NCBI GenBank assembly: GCA_951406725.2
Contig: OX597814.1
Coordinates: forward strand, 73,160,001-73,224,000
Direction of reading: 5' to 3'
DNA from: Octopus vulgaris
Lineage: Eukaryota
Length of the DNA stretch: 64,000 nt
In this document: one piece after another, positions 12,922 to 23,272 of the stretch
Layout of the letters: each line of letters opens with the position of its first letter
How positions within the stretch are numbered: position 1 is the first letter of the stretch
The notes under the pieces: generated by a model
Database searches by the model: none
Told to the model about the DNA's origin: nothing
The model's input: only the letters and a program-made list of their open reading frames with translations
Made by a program: the position numbers and the translations under genes

Positions 12922-13250
12922 TCAAGAATCCCGTCTTGCGATTTTTTTCTGCGACATTCTAATAACATGCTTGTAGTACTGAAGCTGTGACCTCTCAATG
13001 AAATGAAGTAGTGGCTTGACCTGGATGATCAACACCCCGTTGAGTAACGTTACTCTAGAGATCTTTTGGAGGAACCTTATATTCGCAATCGTATTCTTTT
13101 GGCTATTACCAACATCCATGACCGTAATTATGTATAAGCATGGAAATTGTACGGAAAATAGCGAGTGTGGTTCTGAGGATCGAATGCAGGAGCTAGCGCA
13201 TTACTGTGCCAGCTCCTGCGATTCTGGCACCCAATTCAGCTGTGTATAAT
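12922..13250 (-). mobile_element. Ancient RTE-like LINE C-terminal fragment
   Basis: RIAGAGTVMR..; RFLQKISRVTLL..VKPLLHFIERSQLQYYKHVIRM, resembling the RFLRR..EPLLL.IERSQLRW.GH..RM motif. Confidence 0.65.
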
Positions 13251-13999
13251 AGCCGTGGAGTTACTGGTTCGTTTTCGCTTACACCGCGCGCGCGCGCGAG
13301 AGAGAGAGAGAGTGGAAATTAAAGTATGGGTTAAAGAGAGAGGCGAATTGGTATTAAAATTTTAATCTAAACAATTACATAGTTACCTCCCTTGCAATGT
13401 GCACATTTTGTAAATAAAAATACAGAGCAAGTTAACAAATTTGTATACATTTTTTTTGTTTAAAATTCGATGTTCCTGTTCAGTACAAGCAAATGACCGT
13501 GTCATAAGGAATAAGCATTATTCTCTGTTTAACTACAGTGAGTTTGTGGTGACAGTGAGGTAGAGTAAGAGTGAGAAAAAAAGAGTTGTAGCATGCAACC
13601 GAAAGAGCAGACGACAGGCAATTTAAATTGTTAAATGAATCAGCAATATTGAACAAGAAAAATACAGAGGCTAAGCGGGTAAACGTTTTATACTTCTTAT
13701 CTGTACCAAAGAATTACAGAATCATTAAAAATAAAAATTCTAAATTGCTTATATATAACACTCTCACGAAGTGTATCCTGTTTTCAACGCTTAGACTCTA
13801 TACTGAGTAAAACAAGCATTTTTATTGCAAATATACAATGGAGAAATTAATTTGATCTATATTTGAACATAATAAATTTCATTAATTTCAAAATTAGACG
13901 AATTTCTTTATTTTGTATAGGTAACATGAAATTTGAAAGAGGTGAAATTATAACTATTGCATCTTTGTGTTTTCTTTCATCTTTTGTTTCAATCATTAG

Positions 14000-14172
14000 A
14001 CTGCGGCCACGCTGCAGCACCGTCTTGAAGAATTTTTTTAGTCAAATGTATCGATCCCAGTACTAACTTTTAAAGCCTGGTATTATTCTATCAGTCTCTT
14101 TTGCTGAACAACTATGTTATGGGATGTAAACACACCAATACTGGTAGGGGGATAAAATAGGCATAAAGACAT
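14000..14172 (+). mobile_element. SINE 3' fragment
   Basis: gactgcggcca.gctg.agcacc...cgatcccagtact..cctggta.t.attctatc.gtctcttttgctgaac, ending in a TA-rich tail. Confidence 0.5.
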
Positions 14173-14689
14173 TATATAAGAAAAGAAATGACACAGGAAA
14201 AACAAAGATTATGTCATGAACTTCATTACAGCTGTTTCTGCTTTAAGAAGCAGTGGTCTCTTGAGTACCTGGCTAACATCCTGTTATGTGTAGTTGGGTT
14301 CTAATGAGATAGACAACCAATATGAAAGCCATTGTTATTGTTTACGTGTTTATTTACTTTTTCATGTTACACGGACTTGTCAACATTCAGCGTAGTGATA
14401 CACTATATACTTTACACACAGTTGTACTGTTCACTAACAAAATAGTGCCAAGAGTGGGAATGTATTCTATGCACGTATACACATAGATATGAATGTGTAA
14501 CATCCCTTCTTCTTGAAAAAAAATAAAGGGGTCTTCTGGCAGTGATGACAATATAAGTAGTCTCCCTTACACTAATGGATTGTCAGCGCCAGGTGGCAAT
14601 CCTGTAGCAGAAACCGTGAGATTATTCTGCCTCTGCTTTGTAATCTAGCTGAATTAGTTACTTATCTTTTCATTTTCTTCCATTTTTCT

Positions 14690-15613
14690 TTAACGGTATC
14701 GAACCGGTGACAGAATGTTCTTTCTCCATCTGGTGGATCTTGTGCTTCGCACTGGTGTCTGAGGTGTGTTGTTGGGCTGCTGATATGTGGTTGGTGCCCG
14801 TTGGGGTGATGATTCTGTGGGTGTTGTCACTGATGCAGCAGGTGTTGTACACGTTGTCCTCGACAGCTTTGGTGTTGGGCGGATGTGGGCTCTGTTATGT
14901 CTCAGCTGCTCACCAGATTCCGTTTCTATTATATATGATCTTGGAGTTTCAGCTCTACTGACAACCTGTGCTGGGATCCATGTTTTAGTTATGGGATCTT
15001 GAGTATGCACATGTTGTCCTCCAAGTATCTCAGGTAAATATTGTGCATGTTTGTTGTAATACCTCTGTGATTGTTCTTGAGTGGATGCTAGCTTTGCCCT
15101 TGTCTCTTCCTGGTCAATAGGAGGTTGGATCTTAGTTGGTAGGGTAGTTTTGTACTTCCTGCCATTCAGCAATTCTGCTGGGGATTTCATGTCAGCTCTC
15201 AGTGGTGTCGCTCGTAGGGACAGAAGTGCCAGGTGTGGGTCTTCCTTAGTCTCTCGGCATTTGACTAGTGTTCTCTTCACTGTCTGCACCTGTCTTTCTA
15301 TAAACCCATGACTTTTGGGGTAGTGTGGAGATGAGGTTGTGATATTGAACCCATACTCATCGGCTAGCTTTTTGAATTCTTGTGATGTGAACTGGGTTCC
15401 ATTGTCACATATGATCTGCTCTGGTATTCCTTGCTCTGCTAGAAATCCTCGAGCCACTGTAGTGATTGTTTTAGCTGTCAGGTCTTTCACTTTTCTCACA
15501 AATGGAAATTTGGAGTAGTAGCAGGCCATTATCAAATACCATTCTTGGCCCTCTGTGAACAGATCTACTCCAATAGTTTGCCATGGCCTTCTTGGGATGT
15601 CACTAGATATCAT
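14690..15613 (-). CDS. Gypsy integrase core (frameshifted from pol)
   Basis: Motifs PWQTIGVDLF, ICDNGTQFTS, SSPHYPKSHGFIERQVQTVK (DDE). Confidence 0.92.
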   Translation of the reverse strand: MISSDIPRRPWQTIGVDLFTEGQEWYLIMACYYSKFPFVRKVKDLTAKTITTVARGFLAEQGIPEQIICDNGTQFTSQEFKKLADEYGFNITTSSPHYPKSHGFIERQVQTVKRTLVKCRETKEDPHLALLSLRATPLRADMKSPAELLNGRKYKTTLPTKIQPPIDQEETRAKLASTQEQSQRYYNKHAQYLPEILGGQHVHTQDPITKTWIPAQVVSRAETPRSYIIETESGEQLRHNRAHIRPTPKLSRTTCTTPAASVTTPTESSPQRAPTTYQQPNNTPQTPVRSTRSTRWRKNILSPVRYR

Positions 15614-17234
15614 TTTCCTCCTTTTGTTGTGAGTTTCTGTACTTTTGACAGATGTGGCATGTAGAAACTGTCTTTTCTATGCCTTTGTACATGCCTACCC
15701 AATATACTGCTGACTTGGCTCGGAGCTTGCATTTCTCCATTCCTAGATGCCCTTGGTGGATCTTGTCAAGAATCTCTTTTTGCATTGACTTTGGTATAAT
15801 GATTCGGGATCCAGCCATCTGGATTCCATTCTCCACTGGTATATCATCATGGATGGCCCAATATTCACGAATTAGGGGCTGCACCTGATGTCTCTTTTCT
15901 GGCCACCCCTGAATCACCATCTGAGTAAGGAGCTGAAGTTCTTCATCTTTGCTGGTCTCCTCTTTGATTTCCGCTAGCTTTGTGGTTGTCACATTTACAA
16001 TGTGGTGGACCTTTATGCTTAGTCCTTCCATCTCCTGTTTATCATGTGAGGATAGTCTGGAAAGAGCATCCGCCAATATCAGGTCTTTTCCTGGCTTGTA
16101 CCTGATGTCATAGTCATATGTTTGAAGCCTTAGTAGTAATCTTTGCAGTCTGGCTGGTGCTTTTGTCAGGTTTTTTCTATGTATTTGTTCTAGCGGGTGA
16201 TGGTCTGTTTCTATATTGAAATGTCTGCCATACAGGTATGTATGGAACTTTTCACATCCATATACTACTGCCAGGAGTTCCCTTTCAATATTTGCGTACC
16301 TTGTCTCTGTGGGTGAGAGAGCTTTCGAGGCATATGCAATGGGTTTACCTTCCTGTATCAGTGCTGCGCCAACTCCTCTCATAGAAGCATCGACTTGGAG
16401 TGTTACTGGTTTGCGTCTGTCATAGTATTGCAGAGTTGTCTCCTTACTGATGAGCTTTTTGATTGTTTTGAAATCATGTGTGTGTGAAGCACACCAATCA
16501 AACTCTACGTCATCTTTGTTTAGTTCTCGGAGATTTGCAGTGTGATCGGCCAGCTTGGGTATGAAGGCTCCCATGTAGTGAATGAGTCCCAGGAAGCTTC
16601 TGAGTTCCTTCTTGTCTTTTGGTTCTTTAATGTCTCTGATGGCTTCCACTTTAGCAGGGTCTGGTTTAACTCCCTCTGCAGAGTATATAATTCCAAAGAA
16701 TTTGCACTCCTTTTCTTTTATTATACACTTGTCTGCATTGAGTTTGATGCCTGCTTGTCGGGTTTTCTCCATAGCTTCATGTAAATTGAAATCATGTGTG
16801 GTTTCATCCTTGCCATGTGCTTGGATGTCATCTGCTATTCCAATTGCTCCCTTGCAGCCCTGGTAGGTCTCATCTATTTGGCGCTGGAAAACATCTTGGC
16901 TCACCTTCAATCCAAATGGGAGTCGGTTGAATCGATATCTGCCAAATGGTGTGTTGAAGGTAGTGAGCATGGATGACTCTTTGTTTATCTTTACATTCCA
17001 GTACCCATTGCTGGCATCCAGTTTACTGAATAATTTGGATCCAGCCAATGATGGTGTGATTTCTTCAAGGGTTGGAATTGGATGGTGCTCTCTTTTTAAT
17101 GCTTTGTTCAGGTCCCTTGGGTCGAGGCATATCCGTAGGGTACCATTGGGTTTTTCGTTGATTACAATTGAATTCACCCAGTCTGTTGGTTGTGTCACTT
17201 TGGTGATTATTTCTTTTTTTTCCATTCTTTCCAA
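15603..17234 (-). CDS. Gypsy reverse transcriptase, RNase H and integrase Zn finger
   Basis: Motifs LRICLDPRDLN, LDASNGYW, RLPFGL, IADD, VDAS...YANIERELLAVV, HQGHLG..C..C. Confidence 0.93.
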   Translation of the reverse strand: MERMEKKEIITKVTQPTDWVNSIVINEKPNGTLRICLDPRDLNKALKREHHPIPTLEEITPSLAGSKLFSKLDASNGYWNVKINKESSMLTTFNTPFGRYRFNRLPFGLKVSQDVFQRQIDETYQGCKGAIGIADDIQAHGKDETTHDFNLHEAMEKTRQAGIKLNADKCIIKEKECKFFGIIYSAEGVKPDPAKVEAIRDIKEPKDKKELRSFLGLIHYMGAFIPKLADHTANLRELNKDDVEFDWCASHTHDFKTIKKLISKETTLQYYDRRKPVTLQVDASMRGVGAALIQEGKPIAYASKALSPTETRYANIERELLAVVYGCEKFHTYLYGRHFNIETDHHPLEQIHRKNLTKAPARLQRLLLRLQTYDYDIRYKPGKDLILADALSRLSSHDKQEMEGLSIKVHHIVNVTTTKLAEIKEETSKDEELQLLTQMVIQGWPEKRHQVQPLIREYWAIHDDIPVENGIQMAGSRIIIPKSMQKEILDKIHQGHLGMEKCKLRAKSAVYWVGMYKGIEKTVSTCHICQKYRNSQQKEENDI

Positions 17235-17324
17235 CTCTGTCTTCAGCTTCTCTTTCAGTTCTAGAGGGACGCGGCAAGGTGGGTGAACAATTGGTTTGAT
17301 ATTGGGGTCGACTGTTATATGGTA

Positions 17325-18713
17325 TCAACATTTCACAAAGCACCCGACTGTATCGTCAAAGCATTCAGAGTACATGCTTATCAGTTCTTCTTTGGTTGTG
17401 ATTGGTGGTCGGTCTTTGATAGGCATATCACTGTCAATCCTGCTTGGAGCTGCTTTCACTTCAGCATTGATTGATACAATGTTTAGCTTTTTGCAGGTAT
17501 TGAGTCCAAGAATTGCTGGTCCTTCTGTTCTTGTGACATAAAAAGAACACTTGATTGTTTTTCCTTTGTGTGTCCCTGTGATAGTTATTTTACCCAGTTG
17601 TGGAATCCTGGTACCTCCGTACGCAGTGAGGATTACATCACTTGGTGTGAGGATTCCTTCTTTGACTTTATCCTCTTCTGTCATGTGTTCTGAGAACATC
17701 TTTTTGTAGAGGTTGACAGGTAAGATATTACTCTGGGCTCCAGTGTCAATCTTTAGCCTTAAGTCTATGTTTGTTCGTTTCCTGCCAGACTTCTTCTGTA
17801 TTCTTATTGTTGTGTATGCCTCATTTTCTCTCTGGTCGTCATTTCTCGTCTCATGCACATTTATTGTGCCGACTGCCAAGAATTCCTCCTCTGAGGTGTT
17901 TTGTTGTTGGGCATGTATATCTCTTCTTCTATTTCCGCTCATCTTTGAAAATTGGGGTTTGTTTTTCTGGGATTTTGTTAACCTACACATTTTTTCCCAG
18001 TGGTTAAGTTTTCCACATGCTTTGCAGTGTGTACCGAATGCAGGACATTTCTTTCGGTTATTGAATTCATGCTCTATACCACAGTACTGGCATGTTCTTT
18101 GTTTGCGGGTATGTGTCCTGTGCCTAGATACAATATCTACACTGCTGCCTAGTGAGCTTGTTTGTAAGCTAAGTGAGGCCACTTGTTTGATAGTAGCTTC
18201 GAATGCTCTTGCAGTGTCTACTGCTTCTATCAACTGGAGAGCGTCCTTACCTATGAGGGATTTCTGAACTTCCTTATGAGCACACCCCCATATTAATTGA
18301 TCAACGATTCTTTCGTCCTTATCTTTGAATTTGCATTTTTCGGCAACATTCTTTAGTCTGGACAGGAAATTGTCAATCGTTTCTTGTGGGTCTTGTTTCA
18401 GGCCCTGGAATTCGTATCTGTGAATTCTATGGTTCAATCTGGGCTCCAGGTGCCTTTCAAATTCCTCTATAAGTGTTTCTGGGTTATTGCAATCCGATTC
18501 TGACATATCCCAGCTATTGAATAGGTCTAGACTTTTATTGCCCATCCATAAGAGGATATAGCTTACCTTCTCATCATTAGTCGTGCCTTTCAGGAAACTT
18601 TTGAAAGCTAGTTGAGTTTTCTGTTTGAATTTCTTAAATGCTTCCAAAATATCATCAGAGTCCCAATTCATGATCGGATGTAGATTCATCTGTACGGCGA
18701 CGGGGGTTGCCAT
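17325..18713 (-). CDS. Gypsy gag + aspartic protease
   Basis: Zn-knuckle motifs CQYCGIEH..C and CKACGKLNHWEKMC; protease motif IDTGA; ends at an in-frame TGA. Confidence 0.9.
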   Translation of the reverse strand: MATPVAVQMNLHPIMNWDSDDILEAFKKFKQKTQLAFKSFLKGTTNDEKVSYILLWMGNKSLDLFNSWDMSESDCNNPETLIEEFERHLEPRLNHRIHRYEFQGLKQDPQETIDNFLSRLKNVAEKCKFKDKDERIVDQLIWGCAHKEVQKSLIGKDALQLIEAVDTARAFEATIKQVASLSLQTSSLGSSVDIVSRHRTHTRKQRTCQYCGIEHEFNNRKKCPAFGTHCKACGKLNHWEKMCRLTKSQKNKPQFSKMSGNRRRDIHAQQQNTSEEEFLAVGTINVHETRNDDQRENEAYTTIRIQKKSGRKRTNIDLRLKIDTGAQSNILPVNLYKKMFSEHMTEEDKVKEGILTPSDVILTAYGGTRIPQLGKITITGTHKGKTIKCSFYVTRTEGPAILGLNTCKKLNIVSINAEVKAAPSRIDSDMPIKDRPPITTKEELISMYSECFDDTVGCFVKC

Positions 18714-19602
18714 CTTGGATCCTCGTGTTGTCCGAAGACGAAGCGATGTTTTGTCTGTTAAATTCCTGGTTCGTTGCGTTTCTGTTTTGTTGTAAAGGCA
18801 CAGTTTCCGATTAATTATTTACCGCTGCCACCATGTTATGTGTAGTTGGGTTCTAATGGGATAGACAACCAATATGAAAGCCATTGTTATTGTTTACGTG
18901 TTTATTTACTTTTCATGTTACACGGACTTGTCAACATTCAGCGTAGTGATACACTATATACTTTACACTCAGTTGTACTGTTCACTAACAAAATAGTGCC
19001 AAGAGTGGGAATGTATTCTATGCACGTATACACATAGATATGAATGTGTAACTCATCCTATAGCTTTATCGGAGCCTCGAATATGTAAGGCACTTTATTT
19101 GGCAAAAAAAGAATTACACTTTCTTGGATACACTTTCCATATACATCAGCAATGACTTTCTCAATCTTTGTATATTCCAAAAATGTAATTCTTTTATCTC
19201 TAAATAAATTGCACTTCGTATTCAAGGCCCCAATGAAGCCATAGGATGTTATTAGGCACTCATCTAAGAGTCATCTTATAGCAGAAAGAGCTGTAAGCTA
19301 ATGAAGTTCGTTACATAATCTTTGTTTTTCCTATGTCATCTCTTATTACTGCTCTATACTTATCTAACACTTTGTTCTGAAATATACATATATTGAGTTC
19401 TACACCAAGTTATTAGTCTTGCAATGCCTAAATGATATATATATATATATATACAATTAAGGGCTCCTAAATAAAGATGCCGAGTGCTGGGAACACATAT
19501 ATATATATATATACATACATATTATTTATTATTTATACACGCACACATATATATATATACATACATAATACATACACACACACATACATACATACATACA
19601 TA

Positions 19603-20106
19603 TGATCTTTACTTTTTGACCTACAGATTTAAAAAATAAATTTTTGTAACTAAACACTTTCAAACTTTGGACACTGGTAGAATGTGTCATATAAAACATG
19701 TTTTAATCTTACCATTTTAGGGTTTTAAGGTTAGGGTTTTAGTGTTAGGGTTTTAGGGTTAGGGTTAGGGTTAAGGTTTAAGGGTTAGGATTAGGGTTTA
19801 AGGGTTAGGGTTTAAGGGTTAGGGTTGTCATAAATAACAGTGACAAATGAAATATGTACCACCGGAAGTTCTTGATGACAAACAACAGCAGTAATTTTAT
19901 TCAGCTGAATACACGCCATTGATTGGTTAAAATTACCGAAATACGAGAACTTTAAGGTAAAAATGACTAAGTAAATACAAGTTTTTATAAAAAATGCTAA
20001 TAGTAAAACATGTTTTATATGACACATTCTACCAGTGTCCGAAGTTTGAAAGTGTTTAGTTACAAAAAATTATTTTTTAAATCTGTAGTTCAAAAAGTAA
20101 AGATCC
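19603..20106. mobile_element. Related MITE with ~115-bp TIRs and a (TTAGGG)n-like tract
   Basis: TIRs gatctttactttttga... / ...tcaaaaagtaaagatcc; shares aactaaacactt..acactggtagaatgtgt with the 22041 element; degenerate TTAGGG array at 19717-19826. Confidence 0.8.
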
Positions 20107-20112
20107 TATATA

Positions 20113-20322
20113 TATAGTTAATCCAAACATGAAAACACAGAGCAAACATAACAACGCGAGGACGTGGAACAAGTATAGTGTTATTGGACGCTCAGAAAAA
20201 GAAAGAAAGGAGGAGGATTTAACGTTTCGAGCGGAGCTCTTCGTCAGAAACATATAAAACGGAAAGGTCCAAGGAAGGGAAGATGGAGAAAGAAAATCGC
20301 CAACGATACACATGCGGTTACA
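20113..20322 (-). mobile_element. Short PLE-derived repeat with a minimal hammerhead
   Basis: Minus strand 20218-20250 reads ttt-CTGACGA-a-gagc-tcc-gctc-GAAACGTT-aaa; flanked by TA repeats. Confidence 0.6.
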
Positions 20323-22040
20323 TATATCTTAAGAGAAAAAAACCCACAAAACAAAACTCTCTTGGTGGGTAACTTCAAGGTCTCTACTACCCCTCCCACC
20401 TTTCTTTTCCAGAAAAATGTGGTTTATGGTGGGTTTGGAGGTCAGATATGTTGACTACACCCGAAAAAAATCTATGGAAAAATTTATTCTACTCCGAGGT
20501 ACAAAATATTTACTGAAACAATAAAATCTTGTACCGATTATACCTGTATTTTAATTAATTCAAATTAATGTACCTCCTCTTGAAAAGTGGCAAAATTTTT
20601 GTCGTTTGCCATCTGGGATAATTTTAGTAACAAATCAAACAGGTAAGAATCATTAAGAAATTTAATTTTAGTGTTTATCCATAAAACACCTGTTAATTAA
20701 ATTTACATGCCCATAAAAGTCAAATTTACTCAGCAAGATCAGCTCTTGTTTTCAAAAATCCCTCCTAAATCACAAAATAAGTTGGGGAAACGTGCTCTAT
20801 TTTTCAAATCCTGGCAGTAACACTGAAACTGGAAGTAGGATAATAATCTAATTCTACATTTTATCACATTCAAGAATATAAACAAGTTTTTAAGTACAAC
20901 ACATGTGGAGTCAAAAAGAAACATTACCTTTCACCCAGCACTGTTATTCATGCAGTGCTCTCTCTCCCTTGTGTGAAGCTTCCTATCTCGGACATGTGAG
21001 CATGCACACAACAGCCAAACACCGTGTCACTGGAACTGTGAAGTGTGCAGTTCTATACAAGGATTTTTGTATTTTTTTTCATAAACTAGGGGATGGCTAC
21101 TGACATTAAGCTTAAGGATTATATAATGTACAGGTATACAAAAAGAATTATAGATGTGTGAGTGAGAAAGAAATGAGGAGGGAGGCTTTGGGATGAAACA
21201 ACAACCAGATCTCCCTTAAACCACATATTTTCCTCTGAAATTATTAACAATTTTTTTAAAACCAAAAATGCTTCTCACACGGGTTTTAAGTGCGCAGTAA
21301 AAAAAAATGGCCAAAATCCTTATGGACTGGGGTGGTGAATGGGTGGTGGGAGTGAAAAAATAAATTTTCAAAAATTTTTTCTCTTTTTTTTCTTGTGAAA
21401 AAATGCCTCCCATCATTCTGAAGACTTTGGGTGCAAACATTGGAAAAATATCTCCATCAAAACGGAGAAATTCCAACTTATGTGGGCCATCTGATCCGAA
21501 ACTCCATTTTCCAGAAACTCCCCTCCCCCGCATCCTTTCAAAAATTTAGCCAACAAATTTCTTTGTTATTGTAATCTGCACCGTTTGAAAAGTATTTGTA
21601 TAAAATTTCATTAAAAAATACCTATTTTCTAGAAAGTTACGAGGTGGAAAATGTCGGGTCCTGTGTACTTTCCGAAACTCTTCTCCCCAACCCCTCGGAA
21701 AATGTTTTTTTTTTCCAACAAGTCCTTATTTACACTCAATCTTCGGGATATAAGCGATTATTTGGTGAAAGTTTCGTTAAAAAGTATCCATTTTCGTGGA
21801 AGTTATGGGGCAACAAAGTCGGTAGGGTATTAAACAGTAGCTATGCCATTTTTTTCAATGAGTTAACGTTAACGGATTCATGATTAAAGGTGCCAACGTC
21901 TGTGTGTGTGTGTGTATAAATGGATGTGTGTATTTTCCCTTGTTTACAATTAACACGGAAAAAATAGATAAACAATTACCAGGGCAGCAAAAAATCACAC
22001 AATAAGGACGTTACACCCTGTTTGTAAAGGTAGAAACTCC

Positions 22041-22679
22041 GGATCTTTTCCTTTTGAACAGCAGATGCCAACACAATTTCTTGTTAACTAAACACTTTTA
22101 AACTTCTTACACTGGTAGAATGTGTTTATAAAACATCAATTTCTCTTGGTTTTATTGAGAACATTCTATAGTTTGTAAGATATTTCGTCTGAAAATCCGA
22201 GCATTTCGGCAATTTTAACCAATCGATTACCTCCATTCAACTAAAATCATTTGCTGCGTCTAAAACTGAGACAACATCCTGTAACTAACCCTAAACCTCC
22301 CCCCGCTAACCCTAACCCTAATTTTTTTTTCTTAATTGTTGAATTAATTTAATTCCATTGCTTTAGTTTTTTTTTACACGCGTAACAATTAAATTAATTT
22401 AACAATTAAGAAAAAAAAAAGGGTTAGGATTAGGGGGAGGTTTAGGGTTAGTTACAGGATGTTGTCTCAGTTTTAGACGCAGCAAAGGATTTTAGCTCAA
22501 AAGAGAGCATAGGATTGGTTAAAATTCGAAAAATTAAACTACGTTAAACAAACAAATTGCAATTTTCTCAAGGAAGCCATGAGAAAAAAATGTTTTATTT
22601 TGACACATTCTACCAGTATACGAAGTTTTAAAGTGCTTAGTTAACTAGAAATTGTCTGCCGTTCAAAAGGAAAAGATCC
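22041..22679. mobile_element. Foldback MITE with GGATC...GATCC termini, 8-bp TSD (Merlin-like) and internal telomere-like repeats
   Basis: TSD GAAACTCC at 22033-22040 and 22680-22687; nearly fully palindromic; ctaaccctaaccctaa and gggttaggattaggg inside. Confidence 0.8.
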
Positions 22680-22857
22680 GAAACTCCGGTTTGATGTGAA
22701 ATATTTTGTATAATATATATAAATAAATAGAGTTAAACGCAGATGTTATTCAATTTCTTTTACTCCCGACATATATTTCGAAGACAACATTGGTATTCCA
22801 AAGGAATAAAATGGTGTGTGTGTGTGTGTATATATATATATGTGTGTGTGTGTGTGT

Positions 22858-23236
22858 GGAGGCGCATGGCCCAGTAGTTAAGGCAGCGGACTCGCGGTCA
22901 TAGGATCGCGGTTTCGATTCCCAGACCAGGCGTTGCGTTTGTTTATTGAGCGAAAACACCTAAAGCTACACGAGGCTCCAGCGGGGGGTGGGGTGGGGGG
23001 CGAACCCTGCTGTACTCTTTGACCACAACTTTCTCTCACTCCTTCTTCCTGTTTCTGTTGTATCTGTATTTCAGAGGGCCAGCTTTGTCACACGCTGAAT
23101 CTCCCCGAGAACTACGTTAAGGGTACAGGTGTCTGTGGAGTGTTCTGCCACTTGCACGTTAATTTCACGAGCAGGCTGTTCCGTTGATCAGATCAATTGG
23201 AACCTGCGTCGTCGTAACCGACAGAGTGCCAGAACA
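22858..23236 (+). mobile_element. tRNA-derived SINE (Arg-like head)
   Basis: A-box tggcccagtagttaagg, TCG anticodon-like arm, B-box gtttcgattccc, tRNA-unrelated body and microsatellite tail. Confidence 0.8.
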
Positions 23237-23238
23237 AA

Positions 23239-23272
<34 letters not shown>

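Larger units (their letters stand above)
14282..19053 (-). mobile_element. Full-length Ty3/Gypsy LTR retrotransposon (about 4.8 kb)
   Basis: LTRs 14282-14502 and 18834-19053 differ by 3 substitutions and 1 indel; TSD CATCC (14277-14281 / 19054-19058); PBS TGGTGGCAGCGGT (18821-18833, complementary to the tRNA-Leu 3' end); PPT next to the left LTR; domain order gag-PR-RT-RH-INT. Confidence 0.97.
14175..19435. mobile_element. Older PLE-like inverted-arm element interrupted by the Gypsy insertion
   Basis: Joining 14225-14281 to 19059-19080 rebuilds a minus-strand hammerhead-like arm (CCGATAA..GAAACagctGTA); the inverted decayed copy lies at 19225-19300 (CCAATGA..GAAAgagctGTA). Confidence 0.6.

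Noticed and set aside
13181-13224. ~19-bp hairpin gaatgcaggagct...agctcctgcgattc as a structured ncRNA
   Set aside because: It lies in a decayed RTE-like coding fragment and matches no snRNA or snoRNA I recognise.
17325-17327. Programmed gag-pol readthrough stop
   Set aside because: It falls between protease and RT rather than at the gag/pol boundary, so a private nonsense mutation is more likely; not fully excluded.
19717-19826. True telomere or chromosome-fusion scar
   Set aside because: Short, degenerate and enclosed by MITE TIRs.
20330-21890. Possible Helitron-like non-autonomous repeat (also 51180-53265)
   Set aside because: Repeat-like texture and internal duplications, but I could not define termini or a coding remnant with confidence.
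22858-22935. tRNA-Arg gene
   Set aside because: The acceptor and anticodon stems do not pair properly, and it continues into a SINE body and microsatellite tail.
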